From NCBI GenBank assembly GCA_019828565.1, contig JAHDYR010000005.1, forward strand, positions 1,029,342 to 1,093,341: a stretch of DNA of 64,000 bases. Reading direction: 5' to 3'. The notes below the pieces were generated by a model. The model was not told where the DNA came from and searched no databases. It saw only the letters and a program-made list of their open reading frames with translations. Positions 1-10,500 of this stretch are shown here, one piece after another. Origin of the DNA: Carpediemonas membranifera BICM. Lineage: Eukaryota; Protista; Fornicata. The number at the start of each line of letters is the position of its first letter. Within the stretch, counting starts at the first letter, position 1. Position numbers and translations under genes: made by a program.

Positions 1-33
1 AAATAAGCGCATGTATCAACCGCAATTTTATAA

Positions 34-2330
34 TCAGAGCTCCGCCCCGAGGAGCGCCATGGCACGGGCCTCGAGCTCCTCCTGCGTCTCCACGCGGGCC
101 CGCTTCCCCGCCCCCACTATGCGGATCTCCTCGTTCCTGTCCCCGTCGGACTCGGGCTCGCTGGCCTCCTCCTCGTTGGCCTCCTCCGCGTCCTCCTCCG
201 CGTGACCTGCCCTGTGCTTCCGTTTCTTCACAAGACGCTCCCTCGCCCGCCGCTTGGCGTCCCCGTCCGCGTCGAGTTGTGTCTGGGCGAGCTGGGCCGC
301 CCGTTCGGCGACGGCCTGTGCAGTGACCTTCTCGCCGTATTCCTCGCTGTCGTCATCGAACACGATGTTCTCGTGCAGCTGCGGGCCAGCGGCAGTCCCA
401 TCCTTCCGCAGCTTAGTCAGCTTCTTCCTCATCTGGCTCTTGCTGAGCTTCACGTCCTTCTTCGTCTGGGCGATCTCCCGGGCCGGCCCGATCATCTCGT
501 CCATGTCCCCATCATCCTCGAGCAGCGCCTTGAGGTCCGCGTCATCTTCATCATCTGCCCCGGCGATCGTGTCGACCTCCACGCTGAGCTGCTCGCCCCA
601 GCTCTTGCTGCTCTTACGCACCTGGCCCTTCGACTCACCCCTGATGATCGAATCGACCGACGCCATCAGAGCCTTCAGCCCAGCGCTGTCACCCTCGATC
701 TTCTGCTGTCCGTGGAGCCGCTTGAGCATCGCCTTGGCCTCAGCGTCGCGCAGGCTCTTGATCTTGATGTCTGGCGGCGCAAGAAGCCCGATGCTCTTGC
801 CGTAGGCCACCAGCTGGTTCGTCTCGCCCCCCATGTGGCGCTTGATGGCGTACACGGGCTTGAACGGGTTGATGGCCAGGAACGTCCCGAATGATTGGTA
901 CGCCTTGGTCGCCAGCAGGGTCAGCTTGTCGAAGTCGGGTGACTCCGACATCGTGCGGTAGGCGTTGATGGTCTTCATGCCCTTCGTACGGAGCTCGGCG
1001 AGACCCTCCTCGCCCAGCACGCCCTTCTCCCTCAGCTTGGCCTCGAACGCCTCCTTCTGGGCATCGGAGTCGAGCAGGACGATCGCCTCCCCGTTCCTGC
1101 CAGCCCTGGCCGTCCGGCCGGCCCTGTGGATGTACTCGTCGACGGATGACGGGGCGTGGAACATAAGGACATGCTGGATGCCGTCACAGTCGATGCCGCG
1201 GGTGATGACGTCCGTGGTGAGGAGGACGCCCGCCTTGCACTCCTTGAACGCCTCGATCGACCGGAAGCCGACGTTGTTGCTCTGCTTGGACGCCCTGCAG
1301 TAAAGCCGGCCATGGAGCCGCAGCCCGTTGCCCTTCTGTAGGTCTGCATTCGCCTTGAGCTGTCCTAGAAGGCCGTAGTAGAACTTGACCTCCTGGATCG
1401 TGCTGAAGAAGACCACGATCTTCGCTGCAGAGTGCGTGTTGATGAAGTGCACGAGGAAGTTAAGCTGCCTCTCCAACGGCACCACGGCGCACCGCTGCAC
1501 CAGGGTCGACGGTAGCTTCTCGCGGGCCACGAGCAGCACGCGTTCGGGGTTGACGAGGAACTCGTCCGCAAGCTCCCTCACCCTGTCTCCGATGGTGGCA
1601 CTGAACATAAGCGTCTGCTCGCCCAACTTGGGGACGCTGTCGCCGCTGTCGTCGGTGTAGCGAGCCAGGAACTCGCCGCGGATCTCCTGGATCTGCTGGT
1701 CGAAGCCCTTCTCGAGCATGAGGTCGACCTCATCGATCACGACCGTGCTACAGTTGTCGAGGTTGAGCCCCTGCCTGGCGAGGTCGAGGAGCCTGCCCGG
1801 GGTCGCCACAATGACGTTCGTGTTGCGGAGACCGTCGAGCTCCTTCTCCAGAGACTTACCGGAGCCACCGATGGCGAGCCCAAATGTGAACCTGGTCTTG
1901 TGGAAGAAATCCTCGAGGTTCCTGAGGATCTGGTGGGCGAGGTCATGGGTCGGCGTGAGGATGAGAGCGCCGCACCCGTCATGGCTCCTGTCGAACTTGG
2001 CGGTGATCATGTTGTCTATAACCGGGATGAGGAAGGCGAGAGTCTGTGTGAGTCGGGGGAACAAGGAGGGAACAAACCTTCCCGCTGCCAGTCTGGGCGG
2101 AGGCGAGGATATCACGGCCCTGGAGCGCGTGAGGGATCACAGCAGCCTGGATGGGACGAAGATACTTCATCTTCTTGCGCCCAAGGGCGTTGTGCATGGC
2201 GCTCTTCGTTTTCTCATTGATCTCGAGGGCGCTGAACGGTACCTGGTTGGATTTGCGACGTTCGGAGTGCTATATAAGGGTATGAGCGATAAATACAAAC
2301 CGAGTCTGCTGCCTTCGTTGATTCCGACAT
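34..2330 (-). CDS. DEAD-box RNA helicase, Dbp4/DDX10-like (ribosome biogenesis), 3 exons
   Basis: After splicing: Q-motif (PIQ), [41 protein letters not shown] and a charged C-terminus. ATG at 2330 gives [10 protein letters not shown]. Introns at 2270-2300 and 2044-2077 restore one frame. Subfamily call is inference. Confidence 0.88.
2044..2077 (-). other. 34-nt spliceosomal intron
   Basis: GTTTGT...GACTCACACAG splits Walker A (GSGK|TLAF); removal joins the two ORF frames. Confidence 0.9.
2270..2300 (-). other. 31-nt spliceosomal intron (alternative in-frame acceptor at 2243)
   Basis: GTTTGT...CTTATATAG; same ends as the intron at 29838-29865; in-frame join. Confidence 0.7.
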
Positions 2331-2637
2331 CACACCGCCGTTCTCATCTTTTTTCACCCAGCCCTCAGTGAGTGATGCTGGAGGTGTGTGTGGTTGCCGT
2401 GGGGTATGCCTGTACGTACTCGAAGTGTAGGCGTAATTGGTCGTGTCTGGTTTTTCGAACCCTCGCCGCGGTTGTGAGTCGTCTTGTCATCAGATAGAAA
2501 GAAGGCCATGCGACAGCACAGCGCCTTTGTATCGCAGCGTGGCTGTATCAGGGCCATCTCATGCTGGAGACGGCTGGAGTCGTTTTTCAACCTCGCAATC
2601 CAACTTCCATTGTTCCGAGCATTTCGAGAGAAAGCTG

Positions 2638-5600
2638 ATGGGACAAGGCAAGTCTAAGAGTGGGAAGGTTACAAAGGGGCAAGATATTACGCAAGCAGCT
2701 ACCGCTGCCAGCGTAGACCCCTCCTTTGAGACGTTAGAGCAAAAAATGGGAATTACTGAGGTCCCCGAGGGCAGCACGGTGATCTACTTCGTGGATGAGG
2801 AGCAGAATGTTACTCCGTACCTCATGGATGCTGATAGTTTGCAGCAATACGCCGAATCCGCGGGCATGACGGTGGAATCGTTACAAGAACAGAACATAGC
2901 GATCAAGAACAGCCTGATCGAAGCCTACTACAGCATCACACCTGATGTTTACGAGCAGTACGTCAAAGCGACGGCAACGCCGCAAGCTCTGACAGCAGCC
3001 GAGACCGAGATGGAATTCAGAACGCTGGAGGAGACATTTGGCCTCGAGCCCACCCAGGACGGCATGACGATCATCTACCTGAACGACGGCGAGGGCCAGG
3101 TCACCCCGTATGCCCTGGACGACGCGGGGCTGGCCGAGTATGCTGGTTCGAACGGGGTTACGGTGGAGGACATCCTGGAGATCAGCCGGCAAACGAAGGA
3201 GCAGATCCTACAGCAGCTGTACAGCATCGGGGTCGAGGAGTACGAGGCCAGGGTCGCTGCGATGGGCCAGACCGTTGAGCCCGAGGCCGTTGAGCCCCCA
3301 CCTGATCCCGAACCGGAGCCAGTGCCAGAGCCGAAAGCGGTGCAAGAGCCTGAGAATGAATCAGAGCAAGTGGTTGGACAAGAGGCTGGGCCAGCTCCAG
3401 TGCAGGAGTCCGTGCCCGACCCATGTCCTGCCCCGGCCGAGGATACGGCACCGGACGCCGTTCCAGTCGCCCCAAGCAGCCCCAGCCCTGCCCCGTCACC
3501 CAGAGGACGGCGGGCACGGGCGCCCAAGAGGGAAAAGGCACCCGAGCCGAAGAAGGAAAAGAAGGGCAATCAGCCCGTGGCCCCGGTCCATGAACCTGAG
3601 TCCGGACAGGGCACCGAGCCCGAGCCGCACCCCATCGTGCCGCTCGAGGAGTACCTTGGCGTCGGCCCGACCCCTCCTGGCCAAACCATGCTCTTCTGCG
3701 AGGACGACGGGCACGTTGTGAGCTACTGCCTCGACGACGACGCCCTCGCTGAGTTTGCAGCCAACAACGGGATGACGATCGACGACACCCTCTCCTACAG
3801 CTCCATGAACCGCGCAACCCTGATCAAGACGGTCTTTGGGGTCACGGTCCAGGAGTACGACACCGTGTTCCCCGGCAAGTCCGTCCCAGTCATCACGTCG
3901 CCCCTAGCCCTCCACGCCGACACCGGCGCTGAGTCAGAGACGGAGGGCAGCGGGCACGTCTCCCCTGCCCCCCTGGACATGGCAGAGCTGCACGCGACAC
4001 ATGACGACATCCAGCGGGCCGAGTCTGTCACAGTGCTGGCCGACAGAGGGTCCCCAGCCACCGAGCCCACGCCTCGGGTCGACCACGGCATGGAAAGCCC
4101 TAGGACCCGGTTGGTGCGGGACGACACCGTCAGCACGCCCATTGGTATCGCCAGTCAGGCCGCCCTCGTCCCCGCGTCTGTGTCGAACGAGTTCCCCTCC
4201 GTCGTGGCGGACGCTGCGGTGTGCGGCTGGGCTGGGGCTGTCCACACTACCGGGGGGCCGCTGGAGGACGGACAGGAGGTGTTCGTGTGGGACAGCGCGT
4301 TCCGGTTCGACGACGAGACGGGCATCAGCGACACGACGTGGGAGGACGACAAGCTCGTCGTGCAGATCGACTCACATCACCGCGGCACGGTGAGCATGGG
4401 CACCGAGGCCTACCTCAGTGAAGGTGGGTTCGTGCAAGCCGTCGTCAAGGCGGAGGAGTTCGCATCGAGGGCCTCCGAGATCTTCAGGGACGTTGTTACG
4501 GCAACGGCGGGCATCTTCATCGAGGGCGCGGACGGCCAGTGCGTCAGATTCGGCATTGAGCGTGAGCCCTTTGTCGACGGGACGTCCTTCACGGTCCAGC
4601 ACCCCCACGCCGCGCCCCTGCCTGTGTTCCGGCCCCCCCACCCGTCTCAGGACCGGCACGACTCAAACGCCACCCACCTGCACATGGGGCACTACGCCAG
4701 GCCCGTTGCCCTCCGCATTACCCGGCTCGCCACGGTCGTCGTCTTCAGCATGACCTACAGCGCCTCTAGGGGGCCGTGGCGCGTGTATGCGTACGTCGAT
4801 GCACGCGAGCTCGACCACATCCTCGATGGCCCCGTCCGCGTCGGCGTCTTCCACACTCAACACGGCGCGGACGACGTCCGGGACCTGTCAGGTCTGCCCC
4901 GCACTAAGGCGGCGCTCTACCCCTCCCCCACCGCCCGATCGGACTCGAACCGGGCCTATTGTCTAAGGTTGTGGGACTTTATCGTCGGTGACACCCCCGT
5001 GCAAGTCTTGTCAGAGGTTGTGGCAGCGGTTATGTGCCGCGGGCTCCTCACTGCGCCGGGTCCCACCGTCGAAGAGCTCAGAGATGCTGTCTTCGCCAAC
5101 CAGTCCATGTCCGTTCGGGGTCGACCCCAGCTTGACGTCCAGCCCAACATGCTGTGCCGCGACTGTGCTGAGCGCTGGTACATCGAGGGCCTGGGTCAAC
5201 TGGCGATGGGCGAGCTGGGGCCCGACATCCTCGTCCGGTCCCGGCACCAGGGCGACTCAAGTCTGCGGGTCATGACGCCCTTGCCGTACGCGCACGAGCA
5301 TGTGCTGGAGGCGGCCTTCACACTGGGCGGCCACGTCGACACGTCGAGTTCAACATACATGGCCGACTTTGCCGAGAAACACCGCTCCCATCTGCCAATA
5401 CCGCGGGGCTCGTCCGTCGGCGTCGGGATGTGCGGACTGCATGACGCCCTCGCCGTCTTCGGGGTTTCCGTTGACGACCTCGGTAAGCCCACGCTCACGC
5501 TAACCACCCCGGACGGCACGCAGACCCTCGTGCCAGACATCGCCGTGCACACCGAGATGCCGGTCGAGAGCCCAGTCTGCAGGTTCTTCCCGGCGTCGTT

Positions 5601-5865
5601 GTCGGACAGGCGCCGTTTCCAGACAGTGACGGTCGCCCTCCGTCTGGTGAGGACCTTCGAGCACACTCGCCTACTGTTCGCTCAGCCTGGTGACACGTGG
5701 CGCGTCGTCGGATCGATCCCGACGAAGCTCGTTCCCGTGCCAGCCGAGGCCCAGGGCGGCATCGTCATCAGGCACGGTGGAGTTGACGACGTGGCGCTGC
5801 ACCTGCATGGATTCGCCACAACTGGGTGGGGGACGCCCGCTGCTGAACAGGCCGATGTAAACTAG
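2638..5865 (+). CDS. Hypothetical ~1075-aa host protein with N-myristoylation-like start, three ~75-aa repeats and a Pro/Glu linker
   Basis: Long ORF; first ATG gives MGQGKSK; repeats (F/P)xxLExxxGxxxxxxGxTxIY/F..D..VxxYxxD; beta-rich C-terminal half. Confidence 0.75.
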   Translation: MGQGKSKSGKVTKGQDITQAATAASVDPSFETLEQKMGITEVPEGSTVIYFVDEEQNVTPYLMDADSLQQYAESAGMTVESLQEQNIAIKNSLIEAYYSITPDVYEQYVKATATPQALTAAETEMEFRTLEETFGLEPTQDGMTIIYLNDGEGQVTPYALDDAGLAEYAGSNGVTVEDILEISRQTKEQILQQLYSIGVEEYEARVAAMGQTVEPEAVEPPPDPEPEPVPEPKAVQEPENESEQVVGQEAGPAPVQESVPDPCPAPAEDTAPDAVPVAPSSPSPAPSPRGRRARAPKREKAPEPKKEKKGNQPVAPVHEPESGQGTEPEPHPIVPLEEYLGVGPTPPGQTMLFCEDDGHVVSYCLDDDALAEFAANNGMTIDDTLSYSSMNRATLIKTVFGVTVQEYDTVFPGKSVPVITSPLALHADTGAESETEGSGHVSPAPLDMAELHATHDDIQRAESVTVLADRGSPATEPTPRVDHGMESPRTRLVRDDTVSTPIGIASQAALVPASVSNEFPSVVADAAVCGWAGAVHTTGGPLEDGQEVFVWDSAFRFDDETGISDTTWEDDKLVVQIDSHHRGTVSMGTEAYLSEGGFVQAVVKAEEFASRASEIFRDVVTATAGIFIEGADGQCVRFGIEREPFVDGTSFTVQHPHAAPLPVFRPPHPSQDRHDSNATHLHMGHYARPVALRITRLATVVVFSMTYSASRGPWRVYAYVDARELDHILDGPVRVGVFHTQHGADDVRDLSGLPRTKAALYPSPTARSDSNRAYCLRLWDFIVGDTPVQVLSEVVAAVMCRGLLTAPGPTVEELRDAVFANQSMSVRGRPQLDVQPNMLCRDCAERWYIEGLGQLAMGELGPDILVRSRHQGDSSLRVMTPLPYAHEHVLEAAFTLGGHVDTSSSTYMADFAEKHRSHLPIPRGSSVGVGMCGLHDALAVFGVSVDDLGKPTLTLTTPDGTQTLVPDIAVHTEMPVESPVCRFFPASLSDRRRFQTVTVALRLVRTFEHTRLLFAQPGDTWRVVGSIPTKLVPVPAEAQGGIVIRHGGVDDVALHLHGFATTGWGTPAAEQADVN

Positions 5866-6593
5866 TGTAGCTTAATCAAATGTCCTGTTCTTCATCATGT
5901 TCTCCATTGTTTTATCTGATGCGTTGACCGATCAAACAGGTCCAACTGATCATACAGACGATGATTTTTCGCAGTGGCGGATATCGTTTTATCATTTGCA
6001 CTTGATTCAACGAAATAAAGCCCACAGCCACAGCTTCGTATGTCAGGATAGAGCTGGCATATAGACGTCGTGACGTCACCTTTTGGCTTGGTCGGTTGCT
6101 CTATTACCCGTGGGCAGTGGGTGGGTTCCGCAGCAATTTCTGCAGATTTCTCAGGACATATGTTCGACGTAACCCACAAAAATATGCCAAGCTCATGTCG
6201 GATCAGGCTCAGCGGCCTTGAATAACTCTGCGGGGGTTGGATATTGTCTAAAGTCACCTTTCAGACTTGAAAATAATAGGTTATGTAGTGCTACGTCTTT
6301 ATGAATCAATCAATACTCTTGACCATCATTGACCTGGGTGGGTGCAGCTCTTTGGGTCTGCCCCACCACAGTTATGTGTCTGCCAGCCCGATTTTTCAAT
6401 CGCAATTTTTGCATAATCTTTAGACCACAACAGTTTCAAGGGCCCAAAAAATTTTGTCTGACTAGGCAGACACTCACATTCACTTATGAATTCTCCTGGG
6501 GCTTCCCGCCCGCACGCCTACACCATCCCGATGGTGACCATTCAATCTTTATGGACCACTCGTACCCGTACGAGTAAAGGAAGGAGACGACTG

Positions 6594-7500
6594 CTATTCG
6601 AGGTGCGCGAACCATTCGCACCTCGTCACAGCTGTCTCCTGGTCGAGCCGCACCGCTTCGGCGATGTAGCTCTGGAGGGAACTCTCGGACTTCCAAGTAC
6701 CGAGGGCCATGACCACTGGAGTGGGCATCCCGCGAAGTACAGCGTCCGCTGCGGCCCCGCGACGGAAGCTATGGGATCCAACTGGGTCTCCAAAGACCTG
6801 CTTCAGCTTGTCTTGGAGCATAGCGGGGGCAACGGCCCTCGGTCCAGCCTCGACCCATCGAGGTTGGGGGACTTCCAGATGGTGGCGTCTCTGTCCTGGC
6901 ACCAGCGCTGCAGGTGAGCCATGAGCATCCCTGCCGGATTGAGCGCGCCTTCGACCCACGGGATGAACTTCTTAACTGCGCGAAGCCCTGTCTTGGTGGA
7001 GTCGATGGTGATAGAGACGCCGAGTCCTGCTTTCACCCTGATATCCCGAGGAGTGAGGGGTAGGATCTCACTGCGCCTCGACATTGTTGCGTAGGCAACG
7101 ACGCCGAATAAGAAGGCTTGGTGGAACTCCTCGTCGCGGCCGGCGAGTTTGGGGATCAGGCGGTGGATGCGTGCAGCCCGCACTGGGACCTTGCGTTGCG
7201 GCCTGGGGACTGTAGCGCGCTTCGCTTCGGTGATGAATGCCTTTTGAGCAGCTGGGGGTGCCCACGTTGATACCAGGGGTGCAAACCTTACCACCAGCGA
7301 GCCCCGGTGCGCCAGACGGTCTGGGCCTACTAGCTCAGCCTCGCGAGCGAGCCACGCCAGGAATGTGTCGCGGTCCGATGCCGGGTTGGCCTCTCGGAAG
7401 GTCAGGAACTGGGAGACGACACCCGCCGTGTCACGCCTGGTCGTTGCCACGTAGCCTTTGAGCTCGTCTAGACCTAGTACTGCGTTGAAAGCGGCGTCGT
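6594..7500 (-). CDS. Tyrosine recombinase of DIRS-like copy 1 (1-nt indel in a G run near 6825; start uncertain)
   Basis: MSRRSE, STKT, HSFRRGAA, GTWKS..SLQSY catalytic motifs; continuous in copy 2. Confidence 0.85.
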
Positions 7501-10500
7501 CGGCACGAAGACGGCGAGGAGCCGCGGCTTTTCCCCCACGAGGATGTTCTGGAGCTCTGAGTCCTTCATGTCCTCCGCGTAGACCCTGAACGTTCTCTTG
7601 AAGGGGGAGAGGCCCTTGATGCGGCGTACCGCCTCGGACTGGACGTCGGGCATCACCACGACCACTGCAGACTTGGTATGCCTCGGATGTGAGGCTGGTG
7701 AGGCGCGAATGAGGGCCAGTCGGTTGGCTACGGCTGGAAGAAGGGCGTATGGTGGTGCTGCGAAGACTCTCTTGCTGCGCCACTCCGAGCTCATGCCGCT
7801 CTCGGCCAGCGTGAGCGAACGCTCGACGAAGCCGGGAAGTAGTAACTCCTTGTCCCTCCCACCAGTCACGTCGACCTCGAGAGGGCCCCACTCCTCCAGT
7901 ATGGCAGCGAGGATCCCTCGTGGTGTCCGCCATTCCAGTCGCTGGTATCTCGACAGAGCATCTGCGGAGACATTGAGGTGCCCGCTGACGTGCTGGGCTC
8001 TCAGTGTGATCTGGCAGGCGGCCAAGCGGGAAAAGAGGGTGAGACAAGCGTCCTGGATCATCGGCGGGGCTCGCGTTGATCCCTGCTTGTTCAACCAGGC
8101 GCAGGCGTTGCTGTTGTCGATGAATACGGTGATCTCCCTGTCCGTTAGATGTGGAAGGAGCGTCTCCACGGCGTTCGTCGCCGCAAAGAACTCTTTCACC
8201 GCAATGGACTCGTTCTGGAGCGGGCTGTTGGGGGAGACGGAGGAGGATACGATCGTCTGCTTGCAGCCGTCCCTGATAATGGCAGCTAAGCCCTTTTCTG
8301 AGGCGTCCGACTGGATGTGGATGTCGATTGCCGGGCTTGCGCCCCACATGCTGATCAGGGGAGTCGAAAGAGCGGGGAGGATGATCTTCGCTGCTCAGCA
8401 GTTGCTTCCAGTACGATAGGGCCTTGAGGACGGCTTTCGTAAAGCCTTTCTCCGTCTCGGTGGCTGTCTGAAGAGGTCTCAGCCATGCGCGGCCGTCGGG
8501 GAAGCACAGAGATGCGAAGGATAGCTTCCCGATGAGGGATTGCCACCTCTTGTTGCTCATATTGCCTTCTATCAGCGCACTCTCGACCAATTGGCGGTAT
8601 CTGCTGCGCTTCTTCGAGTCTAGGGAAATGACCCGAGCAGCTGAGTCGATGCGCATGCCGAGGTATGTCAGGACTGTGGTGGGCTCTAGGACTGACTTGT
8701 CGTGGTTGATGATAAAGCCTAGCTGATTCATGATGTCCAGGAGGCGCTGGCGCTCGCGCAGAAGGGCCTTCTTCTTCCCGAAGAATAGAAGGTCGTCCAG
8801 ATAGACGGCAACTCCTACACCGCGGCAATGGCGCTTGATAATCTTCGCTACGGTAATCATGATCTTCTGGAAGTAGAATGGCGCCGCGGACCATCCGAAT
8901 GGGAGGACTGTGAACTGATAGTGGACGCCGCGGTGAATAAAGCCTAGGAGGGACTGCGATGATGGGTGAATGGACACGTGGTGGTAGCCTGCATGGAGAT
9001 CTAGCGACATCATCATGTCTCCTGGCGCAAGGCTTAAAACTGCTCTCTTGGCACCGAACAAGCGGAACGTACGGCGCTCTTTGGAGACCTTGTTGAGCGG
9101 TATGAGGTTGTGGACTGCTCTCCATTTGTCTGTACCCTTCGGGACTGGAAAGAGAGGACATGTGAGCTTCGGTGGTGATGAGACGCGGTGTATGGCACCC
9201 GATGAGAGCATTTCGCGCACCAGCGGATCGAGCTTGGCTAAGTCCTTCTCTGGGAGATGGAATATTCGAGGATTGCTCGGTTGTTGTGTCAGTTCGATGG
9301 GTATGCCGTCGCCAACCCAAGAGACCACGTCGGATGGCGCTCCCAAGCGCCGCCACGCGGCCACTGAGTGGCGGAGAGAACCCGCTCGACGGGTTGTGGG
9401 GAGTGGTGGTTCGGTTGATTGATGGTCTTGCACAATTAGTTTTTTTCTGGGGCGCTTATCGCTCTTGGGGGCGACTCTGGCACTGGAGCGGGCCTCTGCG
9501 ATGAGGACGGTGAGGCTCTCGGAATCACGGATCCTGGAACGTCGGGCTCTGACGTAGTCCTTGACTGCGTCGGCGTAGTGAAAGCCATTGATGTCCTTAA
9601 TGAGGAGAAGCTCATGACGGAGCATTAGCTGAAGCTTGATCGTCTCGGTTGTCCAGCTCGGGTGGAGGACGATGTCCCTGTAGAGCATCTGCAGCCATTC
9701 GGACTCGTTACGCATGGCTAGTGAGTCCGGGTGGCGCCACTCCAGCGACATTAAATCTCGAAGCGTCAATAACTCGCCTTGTCCCAATCAATTGATTAAA
9801 CCTCTTTCGCTAGCTGTTCTATCCATACCACAGTGATCACTGTCATGGTTTTAGTCAGCAACAGCCGTTTAGACGAGTATCGTCTTCATGTTGCAAGCAA
9901 AAAGCAGCCGTCTAGCATCCTCTTTTTCCTCGGGAGCGAGAAACTAGCCGAAATCCGCGCGGCGTTCATCCCGACAACGAGATTCCCAACATTCGAGGAT
10001 TTCCAATGCTTCTTTGAGACAGAGATCCGTCCTCCCATTCATAAGCCTTCCGAGCAGAATGAACCCGAGAAGAACGACGACGACAAATCGGCCGAGGAGC
10101 TCAGCGCTCTCCTGGCCAAGCTCAAGGATATAGACACCCAAGCGGCCTCGATCGCTTCAGACGAGCTGAAGCAGGCCTTCATCACCGCAGCCCTCAAGGC
10201 GGTCAGTCCGCCACCGACGGCCCCAGACACCTCGACCAACGCCTCAGAGCGCCTCTCGAGGGAGGAGCTCCGCGAGCGGGCGGACCTCTTGCTCACCTAC
10301 ACCGCGTACTTCGAGCTGACACCCGCCCAGCGGGCCAACCCAGCCGCTCGCGCGGCGGCGATCCTGGAAAGGACCACGCTCACAGGTGGAGACATCACCT
10401 CTATGCAGAAGATGTTCCTAGCTTTCGGCAAGCACTGTCGCCAGCTGAACCCCAAGTTCCCGACAGAAGAAAACGGTTACACGCCCCTCACCGAGAAGAG

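Noticed and set aside
202-1660. Antisense and alternate-frame ORFs over the helicase, and similar ORFs throughout the window
   Set aside because: Shadow ORFs of GC-rich coding sequence with no domain signatures.
5895-6257. 120-aa minus-strand ORF
   Set aside because: Non-ATG start, AT-rich context and no motifs.
6803-9787. 994-aa RT-YR fusion protein
   Set aside because: Caused by single-base indels in copy 1 (near 8358 and 6825); copy 2 shows RT-RH-MT in one frame and YR in another.
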